64,000 nt of DNA, taken from the NCBI GenBank assembly GCA_030704615.1, contig CM060733.1:55366001-55430000 (forward strand), written 5' to 3'. The stretch comes from Takakia lepidozioides. Its lineage: Eukaryota > Plantae > Bryophyta. The notes beneath the pieces are model-generated. The model did not search any database and was not told the DNA's origin. It saw only the letters and a list, made by a program, of their open reading frames with translations. The position numbers were made by a program, and so were the translations under genes. How positions within the stretch are numbered: the stretch's first letter is position 1; each line of letters begins with the position of its first letter. Of the stretch, positions 1 to 12,370 are shown piece after piece.

Positions 1-15
1 TCGCCTCAATCAAAG

Positions 16-1088
16 GTGGTCGTCCTGGAGGGCTCCCCTGCTGCTAGCCCTAGTAAGAAACAGAAAGCCCGTGAGAGGGCAAAAGAGAGGGCAAAAGAAC
101 AGACGAGACAGAATGCTAGCCAGGAGGAAAGAGAAAAGGCAGCTGAAGAGGCCAGGGGTGCCCAAATGACAGATGCCAATGTAAGCGAGGGACGCACAGA
201 GACGGTGGATCCCTCCGAGACACCACAGAGAGGCAGTAACACACCGGTTAGACCATCGCGGGCAAGAGCAGCCCCCGCAATTACCCATACGGTGGAGAGT
301 GGAGGAGAGGAAAGAACACCTGAAAGAGCACGGATTGTGCAAGTTCGAGGTGAAGCCAAGGAGAGGGCAGTAGAGACGGGGAGAGTGCTGGAGGTGGTTT
401 CGCAGGTGGCTGACCCTATTGAGGAGGACAACAGGGAGCTTTCTGACCAGGATGACATCCTCCCGGACATCCCCAGGCCCCAAACCCGGAGCATACAGGC
501 TGGATTTGGCGGTCCTGCTGGGCTGCCGGAAAACCCCTCTGCAGCAGACGTCATGTCTGAGGCGGATATGAAGTTGGCCGCTGCCAAGATGTTGGAGGCA
601 ACCCACAGCAACATTGGCAGGGTGCTGGGGGGCATGGTGTACCCGGCCAAGCTTCGAATTCCCCTTTGCCGCTTGGTGTCATTGCAGGTGGTGAGACCTG
701 CCCTCCCAGGCGATATCGACAAGCTGAAATTCTCTTTCCGGGATGGATATCGAATGGGGTCTGCCGCGTTTTACGTTTCCATTGAGAACGACCACGGAGC
801 TTCCCGTGCCCACACTTCCGATGAGGTGGACAAATGGGGTCCCCATTGGCAAACGCGAAATGAGGAGTTCGAGAGATCGATTGCTAGTGATCCTCTTTTC
901 CAGCACTTGTCCGGTAAGATGTTCTACGTGTGGGACGGCAATCATCGCCTCCTGGCATGGATGGAGCACATTGCCCAAGCCCACCCCAACGACCTCGATT
1001 GGCATTTCGCCGTGGATTATGTTGTGCTGAAGGTTGCGGGGCCCAAAGATCGCAGTCTTCTCAAAGCTGCAATGGCCGACATCAACTC
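16..1088 (+). pseudogene. ParB/Srx-domain exon of ParB-MTase gene A
   Basis: Contains RIPLCRLV and the ParB/Srx-like signature YVWDGNHRLLAW. Ends at donor TC|GTAAGC (1089), the same intron position as in copy B. Confidence 0.75.
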
Positions 1089-1151
1089 GTAAGCTACAAC
1101 CCCTCTCGCTTTTGGACTTTGAATTTGGAAGTCATTTCATTGCAAATCCTC

Positions 1152-1339
1152 TGTCGTGCGCATACATATCGCTACACAACTACATCGCTGTCCAAAACCA
1201 CACAACACATGTGCACACCACACACTAGTATACCACTAGTCTACCACTAGTCCAGCCACTAGTTTAACCACTAGGCTACAACTAGTCAGTCACTAGGCTG
1301 CCACTATGCTGCCCACTATGGCAGTCACTAGTCCACACA
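1152..1339 (-). repeat. Terminal repeat Y2 (outer half-LTR, ~188 bp)
   Basis: Near-identical to 1670-1857, 8312-8498 and 8819-9002; contains many CACTAG motifs. Confidence 0.9.
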
Positions 1340-1340
1340 A

Positions 1341-1857
1341 TGATAAAGAAGAAGAATACAAGCACAAGCTCATGCGAGCTCACAAAGCTGAAGCATAAAC
1401 TCATGCATATATAACCTCATCACTCAAATACAAGTCAAGCCAAGTGCACCCCACGCCATGGGGAATCCACACTACGGCGCCATAGCTAGGCGCGGTGAGG
1501 CTCAACTCGAGAAAGATGAGCCTCCCGCGCTTGCCGTGAAGATAACCACTCCAGGGCCTAAATCTGCCTTGACCCCTGGATTGACACTTGGGCCAATCCC
1601 AAATATCAATATGTAAAAGCTAGCTATTTCCTAGCTAGTTTCACACTAGTGGTAAAATAACTTGACAGCTGTCGTGCGCATACATATCGCTACACAACTA
1701 CATCGCTGTCCAAAACCACACAACACATGTGCACACCACACACTAGTATACCACTAGTCTACCACTAGTCCAGCCACTAGTTTAACCACTAGGCTACAAC
1801 TAGTCAGTCACTAGGCTGCCACTACGCTGCCCACTATGGCAGTCACTAGTCCACACA
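1341..1857 (-). repeat. Complete LTR unit (Y1-GC-X2), TG...CA in element orientation
   Basis: Minus strand begins TGTGTGG just after the purine tract and ends TTTATCA. Internal palindrome GACAGCTGTC at 1664-1673. Confidence 0.85.
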
Positions 1858-1859
1858 AT

Positions 1860-1870
1860 CGCCCCCCTAG
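1860..1870 (-). promoter_or_regulatory. Polypurine tract (PPT)
   Basis: Minus strand CTAGGGGGGCG immediately precedes the LTR; the same tract is in copy 2 (~9005-9015). Confidence 0.65.
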
Positions 1871-2117
1871 CTGGTGCTTAGGTCCCTCTAAGTCCAGGTA
1901 GCCACAAGATGTGATAGTGACCATAGCCTCACTAAGTCCTCCACCACTATCCCTACTACACTCAAACTCGATAGATCAAGAGGCCGGGTGCAAGAGTTGC
2001 CCCATCATTAGTCGCCGTCTTGCAACCTATGAACTTGAGCTTGGGATCTCATGTATTGACTCCTATGAGCTTGGCCTCCCATGTCTTGTTAGCTGCCTCC
2101 AGTCATGTCCACTGCCA

Positions 2118-3500
2118 CTATCCCAAGCAGTGTGGACACAACCAATCTCCGTCAGGAACCTTCTCAAGAGGTGGTGTCAAGCATCCCATATGCCAACCCC
2201 TTGAGCATCGATCACACACCAGCATGGTGGCTGCCCCTTTGGCAGACCCACAGAGCATGCACCTCAAACCTGCAGGTACCACTGCCAAGTTTGGGTCAAC
2301 TCTGCCATCGACATTGGGAAGGTGACATGGCGCACAATTACGCACATGGTCCTTCCAAGTCATGTCATCCCGACCCTCCAAGATCAGGACCCCTGAGGGC
2401 AACACCTCTCGAACCCTCAGAATAACACGCCCTGCAGTAACATCCAGAGTCGTAGGAGCAGTCTGCTGCAAATAAACATAGTCACCAAGGCTAAACCTCC
2501 GAACCCCAGGACGATATCCTCCACCACGTATAGTGGCATACCTCAACGTATCACGGTGCTGTGCAATGGCAAGGTTCTCAAAAGCCATGGGCATGACTTT
2601 CTTGAACAACTCTGCACGCTGATCACATGCACGTACCCACACGTCCGGATCGTCAAGGTTAAGGACTTGAGCAGTGTCCCTACGAATGGCTGCAGGCAAA
2701 TCCGGCTCTCGGCCAAAGAGAAGAAATATGGTGAGAAGGAGGCAAGTGATGCTTGTTTGCTGAACCTGTAGCCCATGGCTAACCAAGGAACCTGAAGATC
2801 CCAATCTCCTAGGTGTCCCTTCTGCAAGCCATACTTGCGCAAACCCCTCTTCACCGTCTGAACAACTCTCTCTGCTAAGCCATCGGCCTCAGGATGATCC
2901 CGAGAAGTGGTGCGGTGGTCTATCAAGGCTTTATCACACAAAGCCTGAAACTCCCCCAAGAACTCTCTCCCTTGGTCCGTGAGTACCTCAGCTGGAGCAC
3001 CAAATCGGCTAAGCACACGATCCAAGAATGCATACGCAGCCCCCTCACTAGCCTTGTCAGGCAATGGAACCAACTCAATCCACTTGGAGAAGTGCTCCAC
3101 CATCACCAACACATATCTGTGGTGGCGCATAGTCAGTGGCAACGGTCCTGCGAAGTCAAGACTCCATCTGTAGCCCAATCCCATGATAGGTAAAGGATGC
3201 AACTGTGGTGTAGGGGCGTTAAACGAAGCACGCACCCTGTCACACACCATGCACCTAGCCACAAACTGTTGCACCTCTGTATGCATACCACGCCACCAAT
3301 ACTGCCCCTGTAGTAAACTGTGAGTGCGTCGCACTCCAAAATGCCCCAACTCCTCATGGGCATGCCGCACTAACCGTGCACGCTGTGTGGGGTGAGGCAC
3401 AATCCTCACCCGACCACCCTCCCACACTCGAAGTAGGTGTATCCCCTCCCACTTGAACCTCTTGGCTCGTTGCAGGATCCGATCCCTCTCCCCTGGCAGT
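2118..3500 (-). pseudogene. DDE integrase with C-terminal PHD finger (copy 1)
   Basis: HAHEELGHFG..CMVC zinc finger; WSLDFAGP, VLTDQG and DGLAER catalytic core; CMLC..CDRC..WH..C..WLCPHC PHD. Frameshifted. Confidence 0.93.
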
Positions 3501-5107
3501 CACAATGGCTGTCGTGTCTCCCGTGCGGAGGTAGTCCAACACAGCCGAATCCTCATGTATATCTCTGGCACCACCTAGGTCATCACTAGCCTCAGGGTCC
3601 TCAGACACTCCGTCTACAGTCATCCATGTTGTAGGTCCAATCTGACCTCGCGATGCCAAGATACACAAAAATGCAGATGCGTGCCATCCCGGCACCATCT
3701 CCTCGTCCGTCTCACCATGCCACCGAGCTCCAGTGTCATCCTGCTGGCTCATGCATGGATTGCGACTCAATCCATCCGCATCCCGATTGACCAAACCCGG
3801 TCCATGCACAACTTGAAAGTCATACTCCTGGAGTATAAGTGCCCACCGTGTAAGCTTCCCCGTAAGCTTGTCTGACTCCATCAACCACTTGAGTGGCTGG
3901 TGATCCGTGACAAGGGTGAAAAGATTGCCGTATAGATAGCACCTGAAGTGTGCCACGGCCCACACTGCAGCTAAGCACTCTCCCTCATATGAGCTGTACT
4001 TAGCCTCTGCAGCGTTGTTCGAGCGGCTAGCGTAAGCCACTACGAACTCTCTTCCCTCATCATCCACCTATGTGAGCACCGCTCCAAGCCCCAGCATGCT
4101 CCAATCCGTATGCAGCTGAAAGGGACGCCCCCTGATAGGTCGTCTCAAGATAGGCGCCGAGGTCAACCTCGCCTTGAGCTCTTGAAAAGCTCGTTCCTGC
4201 TCATCTTCCCACTGCCACTCCTGGTCCACCTTGGTCGGCTTGGTTAGAGCCTTTGCAATGGTACTAAATCCCTTGACAAACCGTCTATAATAGTTTGCCA
4301 ACCCATGAAAGCTCGAACTCGGCTCAGATCCGTGGGGCGTGGAATTTGTGCAATGGCCTCTACCTTAGTCTGCTGTACCCCCAATCCTCCAGGATATATC
4401 ATGTGACCCAGATACTCAATCTGGTTGTGGAAAAACTTGCACTTCCCCGGATGCAACTTCAATCCGTGCGCTCTCAAGCGCTCCAATACCACCTGAAGGT
4501 GTCTCTTATGCTCCTCCATCGTAACACTAAAGATGATGATGTCATCTATGTAGCACCGAGCAAAGTCCACCCCTGCTAGAATCCTATCCATGACTCTCTG
4601 AAACTCTGCAGGAGCATTCTTAAGCCCAAATGGTAAGAACCGCCACTGATATAGGCAATCCTTGCCGTGCTCATTGATCCCCCAGAATGTCGTCTTCTGC
4701 TTGTCCGCCTCCTTGATTGGCAACTGGTGATATCCGGATCGTAAATCCAAAGTGCTAAAGGCCTTAGCATGCCCGATGGCATCAAAGATCTCCTCTGGTG
4801 TTGGCATGGCATACTTATCGGACTTGGTCTGACGATTTACAGGCCGGTAATCACCGCACATACGTCTCTCCGTCCAATTGCCATAGACATCCTTCTTGGC
4901 TGGCATCACTGTGGCTGAAGCATACTCTCCACCAGAGAGCTCCACCAAACCTGCCTCCCAGAGATCTTGAGTCCTCATCTGAATCAAAGACCTCTCCATG
5001 TCACTGTATCTATAGGGTCTCCGAAAGATTGGCGTGTCAGTGGCCAACTCAATACGGTCTCTTGACCCTTCAGTGCTCCCAAGTCCTTCAAACTGAAGGC
5101 AAAGCAA
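3354..5107 (-). pseudogene. Reverse transcriptase + RNase H (copy 1)
   Basis: LDLRSGYHQ, PFGLKNAP and YIDDII (RT); TDWS, YSSYEGE and TDHQPL (RNase H). Confidence 0.95.
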
Positions 5108-5250
5108 TTCCTGTAAGCCCTCAGGAACCGCCGTATACGTCGTCTCTCTCCTCCGGTGACAATGGGTCCAATGTCAGGCTCCCAATTGTCCTCCGTAACT
5201 ACAACCTTAAGTCCAGTGGGCTTAGAGGTAGAGGACGCGTCCCGTGGTTG

Positions 5251-6612
5251 CTATGCTGCAACCTCTTGAGCAGTACTCCCTACCTGCTCAGTCAATGACA
5301 AGGCATCATCCTGCCCCATCATCTCATCCTTGAGGACCTCCTCAACTCGAGAAGAATCCCCAACCTCATCCATCACAGCCGCCTTGGCTGCCAACTCCCT
5401 CTGAACCTCGAGCACCTCCCACGTATGCCATGGATGCATGCACCCCGTGGTCCTCATATGCTCGCCCCCACTCACTGCCTGTACCGTCTTGGTAGGCAGA
5501 GAGACCATTGAGGGAAGTGTATTCCGCACTCTGCGTTGCTCAGCTAGAGCCAAGCTGATAATCCAGGTCAAGCAATTGAGATCCATTGCTTGCCCCAACA
5601 CTTGACGACGTGATGCCTCAGAAAGAGACGACACCGCTGTGGTACCAGTGGTAAAACCCATTGCCCGCTCACGCTCGTCAGCATTAGGCTCCACTAACTG
5701 CTGCAACTGAGCATCCCACAGGAGGCCAGGTCCACTATTCCGGAAAGCATGCGATCCTGGGAAGCTGAGCAGTGTAGGTAATGCTGCTCGTGGTTGACCC
5801 ACCTTGTTGACCACTGCCAAAGGCGAACGGTCATCGTGTCTCACACGTTGAGACTGCCTCCCTGTGTCCAGAATGTTATCCACTGTGAGATATGCTGGCC
5901 GTTGCACCCCATCAAATGCACGCTTGAGCAGTGCGGGTGGCATCATGTTAGTCCACCATAGCCGTGGACGATGAGCCCGTGACCCCACTGTAGCTGCATC
6001 TAGCAACACTGCTGACCCAAGCCACGACCGGACTTGATGCACACTGGCCATCACCCTGGCCCGAGAATCGCCCATCAGTGGCACATTCTTCAAGATGTAT
6101 GCTGGAGATACAGCTTGATGAAGCTGCAAGTGGCGCAAAACCCGCACCATCTCCCAAAACAGACCCGACCTCGAGTCTCGCAATCCATTGCCATGCCCGG
6201 CTGATGAATGCCCTTGGCAGGGCCAACCTGCCACTACCAGATCAATGGAGCCAACCCGCTCCAAATCCTGCGCCCCCAGCAACAAAATGTCTGCTGGCAA
6301 GGCCTGCTGATATCCACAAATTGCAGACACCGACAACAACTCAGGGTACCGCTGCACCAACTGAGCAACATGGCGAAGTGAAACGCGTCGTGCAGTCTCA
6401 TCCCTCTCCACATACAGGTAACGCCGAACTCGTACACCTGCCTGTAACACAGCAGCCAATCCGGTGCTAATCCCGCCAAACAAGTCCAGAAGACAAATGC
6501 CTTCATCCGGAGACTGCCACACAATAGGTGTGGTGTCCAATGGAGACAATTGAGGTGGTCCTGGTGCAATCCCCACACTCTCCTCCTCTCCTGACGGTAC
6601 AAAAGCCTCCAC
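5251..6612 (-). pseudogene. C5 cytosine DNA methyltransferase domain in pol (copy 1; ENV changed to KNV)
   Basis: LDLFGG (I), GWPCQG (IV), YILKNV (VI), RPRLWWTN (VIII), ERERAMGF (IX), RQVLGQAM (X). Confidence 0.92.
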
Positions 6613-7451
6613 TTAGGCTTGTTGCACCCGTCGATCAGCATCCCGCTGCAAATCCTTGCTCGTGCCCCACAATGGAGTCTGAGCAACCATGGTAGGCAAC
6701 TCCGCCATACCATACATGTCATCCTGCTCTCCCGGAGGTGGTACATCCTCTGAATGAGCATTGCCCTCAAGCAACTCTCTAGGCCAACTCACTGCCGCTG
6801 TGAATGCTGCTAGTGTCGGCATCTTGCCTCGCTGGGCAACCGCAACTCCTCCTATGAACGTCACAGGGAGCTGCACACGCCGGCCCTCCCCTGACTCCCA
6901 TGCAGGCCTATAGGAAGCTGACTCCTCCCAAAATCCCAGGGTGAAGCCCATGGGGTACAACACTGCCCCACCAACCAGGACATCGTATGAGACTGCGTCT
7001 GTCACAATGGCCTTGGCTCGCATCACTGAGCCATCTGTAGGGTGATCCGGCCGTAGTCTGATAGCCAACTCATGCCGTGTCATGCCCCGAGCCTGCTCCG
7101 ATCCTCCCAGAGACGTCTGTATCTGGAAAGGACAAGGCTCCATATCCGCCTCCGTGAGGCCCAAGCCTGTAATAGCAGCTCTGCCCAGCATCAGTGGCTG
7201 AGCTCCCGAGTCCAACAAGACTCGCAGTGGCCGGTACCTCTTGCCTGCCGGTCCACTCAAACAGAGAATGTCATCCTGGTTGTCTAACATGACAACTCCA
7301 GGTGTCACCATGGCGCGCTCAATGGCTGGCCTAGCTGGCAGCTCCATCAACCTGGCAGCTGCAGCTTGCCATGGCGCCGCTGTGGCAGTCTTGACCCTCA
7401 AATCCGAGGATCCCTCCGGCACTACACCTCCCACTATCTCCGCAGAAGATG
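6613..7451 (-). pseudogene. Retropepsin aspartic protease region (copy 1)
   Basis: VLLDSGAQP active site and YDVLVG. Confidence 0.85.
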
Positions 7452-7608
7452 GGCAAGAGAGGTAAATTTCATACTTTGCAAACATTTGTATTTCATATTT
7501 TTGAAGAGGATGGTTTGCGATCCCAAACGTGACAACTTTGTTCACAAGGCCACTCTGAGTTTCAACGAGGTCGATACTCTATTGCAGCGGGATACAACAC
7601 ATGGGTAG
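7452..7608 (+). pseudogene. C-terminal SWIM-like fragment, probably from a MULE transposase
   Basis: CKHLYFIF..VCDP..NFVH..TLSFNEV resembles the second half of a SWIM finger. Starts exactly at the Gypsy breakpoint. Confidence 0.5.
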
Positions 7609-8311
7609 CATCAACTATGCAATGTGGTATGTGGACGACCATGCTATGAAATGTGAAATTCAAATCAATTCGTTTGCAACATCGTCGGCGGTGCAATGAT
7701 ATGGCCTCCCTTATCCCTCCATTATGCTTCCAACTATACTGAATGAGCTCTGAGTGGCAACTTTTAAAAGCACATGCATCATTGCACCGTTGGAAGTCTA
7801 CATGTCTTCCTGTCGCTATGCACTGCAATCATCTTTTGAAGATGATCCTAACTCTCATTGTTATTTGGGGAGGGAGCAAGATCTTCCTGTGGCAACCTCT
7901 ATGGCGCACACTTTGTGAGGATATTTTCTCGTCCTCGCAATTGTAAAAGTGAAACAAACATTTGTAATTGCACAATGTTGGATGCTACAATTGTAGGCCA
8001 TGGTAGTCTTGATTGTATTCAGCCAAGGATTCCCTGCATTAATCCCACGGTCATAGGACCATCCTCGGTTATAGGCGGCGTATGTTAATGCTGACTTGGC
8101 AGATGATGGCGCAGTGCCACATCATCATTTGCCGCCACATCATCCTGCTGACATCATGCTCACTCCACGTCAGCGTGGGTGCAGGCTCACGCCATGTCAC
8201 TCCTGCGTGAGTGTACGCTCGCGCGCTCACACGCAAGGCTCATGCCATTGCGTCGTTGACGCCATGTCAGCAATGTTTCCCACGTAGAAGACTTAATTCC
8301 GCGGAAGTCGC

Positions 8312-9002
8312 TGTCGTGCGCATACATATCATACACAACTACATCGCTGTCCAAAACCACACAACACATGTGCACACCACACACTAGTATACCACTAGTC
8401 CACCACTAGTCCAGCCACTAGTCCAACCACTAGGCTACAACTAGTCAGTCACTAGGCTGCCACTATGCTGCCCACTATGGCAGTCACTAGTCCACACAAT
8501 GATAAAGAAGAAGAATACAAGCACGAGCTCACAAATCTGAAGCATAAACTCATGCATATATAACCTCATCACTCAAATACAAGTCAAGCCAAGTGCACCC
8601 CACGCCATGGGGAATCCACACTACGGCGCCATAGCTAGGCGCAGTGAGGCTCAACTCGAGAAAGATGAGCCTCCCGCGCTTGCCGTGAAGATAACCACTC
8701 CAGGGCCTAAATCTGCCTTGACCCCTGGATTGACACTTGGGCCAATCCCAAATGTCAATATGTAAAAGCTAGCTATTTCCTAGCTAGTTTCACACTAGTG
8801 GTAAAATAACTTGACAGCTGTCGTGCGCATACATATCGCTACACAACTACATCGCTGTCCAAAACCACACACATGTGCACACCACACACTAGTATACCAC
8901 TAGTCCACCACTAGTCCACCACTAGTCCAACCACTAGGCTACAACTAGTCAGTCACTAGGCTGCCACTATGCTGCCCACTATGGCAGTCACTAGTCCACA
9001 CA
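8312..9002 (-). repeat. Y-X-GC-Y terminal repeat block, copy 2
   Basis: Y 8312-8498, X 8500-8816, GC, Y 8819-9002. Confidence 0.9.
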
Positions 9003-9243
9003 ATCGCCCCCCTAGCTGGTGCTTAGGTCCCTCTAAGTCCAGGTAGCCACAAGATGTGATAGTGACCATAGCCTCACTAAGTCCTCCACCACTATCCCTA
9101 CTACACTCAAACTCGATAGATCAAGAGGCCGGGTGCGTCGCCGTCTTGTAACCTGTGAACTTGAGCTTGGGATCTCATGTATTGACTCCTATGAGCTTGG
9201 CCTCCCATGTCTTGTTAGCTGCCTCCAGTCATGTCCACTGCCA

Positions 9244-10822
9244 CTATCCCAGCAGTGTGGACACAACCAATCTCCGTCAGGAACCTTCTCAAGAGGTGGT
9301 GTCAAGCATCCCATATGCCAACCCCTTGAGCATCGATCACACACCAGCATGGTGGCTGCCCCTTTGGCAGACCCACAGAGCATGCACCTCAAACCTGCAG
9401 GTACCACTGCCAAGTTTGGGTCAACTCTGCCATCGACATTGGGAAGGTGACATGGCGCACAATTACGCACATGGTCCTTCCAAGTCATCCATCCCGACCC
9501 TCCAAGATCAGGACCCCTGAGGGCAACACCTCTCGAACCCTCAGAATAACACGCCCTGCAGTAACATCCAGAGTCGTAGGAGCAGTCTGCTGCAAATAAA
9601 CATAGTCACCAGGGCTAAACCTCCGAACCCCAGGACGATATCCTCCACCACGTATAGTGGCATACCTCAACGTATCACGGTGTTGTGCAATGGCAAGGTT
9701 CTCAAAAGCCATGGGCATGACTTTCTTGAACAACTCTGCACGCTGATCACATGCACGTACCCACACGTCCGGATCGTCAAGGTTAAGGACTTGAGCAGTG
9801 TCCCTACGAATGGCTGCAGGCAAATCCGGCTCTCGGCCAAAGAGAAGGAAATATGGTGAGAAGGAGGCAAGTGATGCTTGTTTGCTGAACCTGTAGCCCA
9901 TGGCTAACCAAGGAACCTGAAGATCCCAATCTCCTAGGTGTCCCTTCTGCAAGCCATACTTGCGCAAACCCCTCTTCACCGTCTGAACAACTCTCTCTGC
10001 TAAGCCATCGGCCTCAGGATGATCCCGAGAAGTGGTGCGGTGGTCTATCAAGGCTTTATCACACAAAGCCTGAAACTCCCCCAAGAACTCTCTCCCTTGG
10101 TCCGTGAGTACCTCAGCTGGAGCACCAAATCGGCTAAGCACACGATCCAAGAATGCATACGCAGCCCCCTCACTAGCCTTGTCAGGCAATGGAACCAACT
10201 CAATCCACTTGGAGAAGTGCTCCACCATCACCAACACATATCTGTGGTGGCGCATAGTCAGTGGCAACGGTCCTGCGAAGTCAAGACTCCACCTGTAGCC
10301 CAATCCCATGATTGGTAAAGGATGCAACTGTGGTGTAGGGGCGTTGAATGAAGCACGCACCCTGTCACACACCATGCACCTAGCCACGAACTGTTGCACC
10401 TCTGTATGCATACCACGCCACCAATACTGCCCCTGCAGTAAACTGTGAGTGCGTCGCACTCCAAAATGCCCCAACTCCTCATGGGCATGCCGCACTAACC
10501 GTGCACGCTGTGTGGGGTGAGGCACAATCCTCACCCGACCATCCTCCCACACTCGAAGTAGGTGTATCCCCTCCCACTTGAACCTCTTGGCTCGTTGCAG
10601 GATCCGATCCCTCTCCCTGGCAGTCACAGTGGCTGCCGTGTCTCCCGTGCGGAGGTAGTCCAACACAGCCGAATCCTCATGTATATCTCTGGCACCACCT
10701 GGCTCATCACTAGCCTCAGGGTCCTCAGACACTCCGTCTACAGTCATCCCTGTTGTAGGTCCAACCTGACCTCCCGATGCCAAGATACACAAAAATGCAG
10801 ATGCGTGCCATCTCGGCACCAT
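9244..10822 (-). pseudogene. Integrase + PHD (copy 2)
   Basis: Same motifs as copy 1; 445-aa open frame covers the integrase core. Confidence 0.92.
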
Positions 10823-12211
10823 CTCCTCGTCCGTCTCACCATGCCACGAGCTCCAGTGTCATCCTGCTGGCTCATGCATGGATTGCGACTCAATCCATCC
10901 GCATCCCGATTGACCAAACCCGGTCGATGCACAACCTGAAAGTCATACTCCTGGAGTATGAGTGCCCACCGTGCAAGCTCCCCGTAAGCTTGTCTGACTC
11001 CATCAACCACTTGAGTGGCTGGTGATCCGTGACAAGGGTGAAAAGATTGCCGTATAGATAGCACCTGAAGTGTGCCACGGCCCCACACAGCTAAGCACTC
11101 TCCCTTATATGAGCTGTACTTAGCCTCTGCAGCGTTGTTCGAGCGGCTAGCATAAGCCACTACAAACTCTCTTCCCTCATCATCCACCTGTGTGAGCACT
11201 GCTCCAAGCCCCAGCATGCTCCAATCCGTATGCAGCTGAAAGGGACCCCCCTGATAGGTCGTCTCAGGATAGGCGCCGAGGTCAACCTCGCCTTGAGCTC
11301 TTGAAAAGCTCGTTCCTGCTCATCTTCCCACTGCCACTCCTGGTCCACCTTGGTCAGCTTGGTTAGAGCCTTTGCAATGGTACTAAATCCCTTGACAAAC
11401 CGTCTATAATAGTTTGTCAACCCCATGAAAGCTCAAACTCGGCTCACATCCGTGGGGCGTGGAATTTGTGCAATGGCCTCTACCTTAGTCTGCTGTACCC
11501 CCAATCCTCCAGGATATATCATGTGACCCAGATACTCAATCTGGTTGTGGAAAAACTTGCACTTCCCCGGATGCAACTTCAATCCGTGCGCTCTCAAGCG
11601 CTCCAATACCACCTGAAGGTGTCTCTCATGCTCCTCCATCGTAACACTAAAGATGATGATGTCATCTATGTAGCACCGAGCAAAGTCCACCCCTGCTAGA
11701 ATCCTATCCATGACTCTCTGAAACTCTGCAGGAGCATTCTTAAGCCCAAATGGTAAGAACCGCCACTGATATAGGCAATCCTTGCCGTGCTCATTGATCC
11801 CCCAGAATGTCGTCTTCTGCTTGTCCGCCTCCTTGATTGGCAACTGGTGATATCCGGATCGTAAATCCAAAGTGCTAAAGCCTTAGCATGCCCGATGGCA
11901 TCAAAGATCTCCTCTGGTGTTGGCATGGCATACTTATCGGACTTGGTCTGACGATTTACAGGCCGGTAATCACCGCACATACGTCTCTCCGTCCAATTGC
12001 CATAGACATCCTTCTTGGCTGGCATCACTGTGGCTGAAGCATACTCTTCACCAGAGAGCTCCACCAAACCTGCCTCCCAGAGATCTTGAGTCCTCATCTG
12101 AATCAAAGACCTCTCCATGTCACTGTATCTATAGGGTCTCCGAAAGATTGGCGTGTCAGTGGCCAACTCAATACGGATCTCTTGACCCTTCAGTGCTCCC
12201 AAGTCCTTCAA
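10744..12211 (-). pseudogene. RT + RNase H (copy 2)
   Basis: YIDDII and neighbouring motifs; 1-bp indels. Confidence 0.93.
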
Positions 12212-12370
12212 ACTGAAGGCAAAGCAATTCCTGTAAGCCCTCAGGAACCGCCGTATACGTCGTCTCTCTCCTCCGGTGACAATGGGTCCAATGTCAGGCT
12301 CCCAATTGTCCTCCGTAACTGCAACCTTAAGTCCAGTGGGCTTAGAGGTAGAGGACGCGTCCAGTGGTTG

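Noticed and set aside
6-722. Antisense ORFs over ParB, pol and SCR coding regions
   Set aside because: Shadow frames of GC-rich coding sequence.
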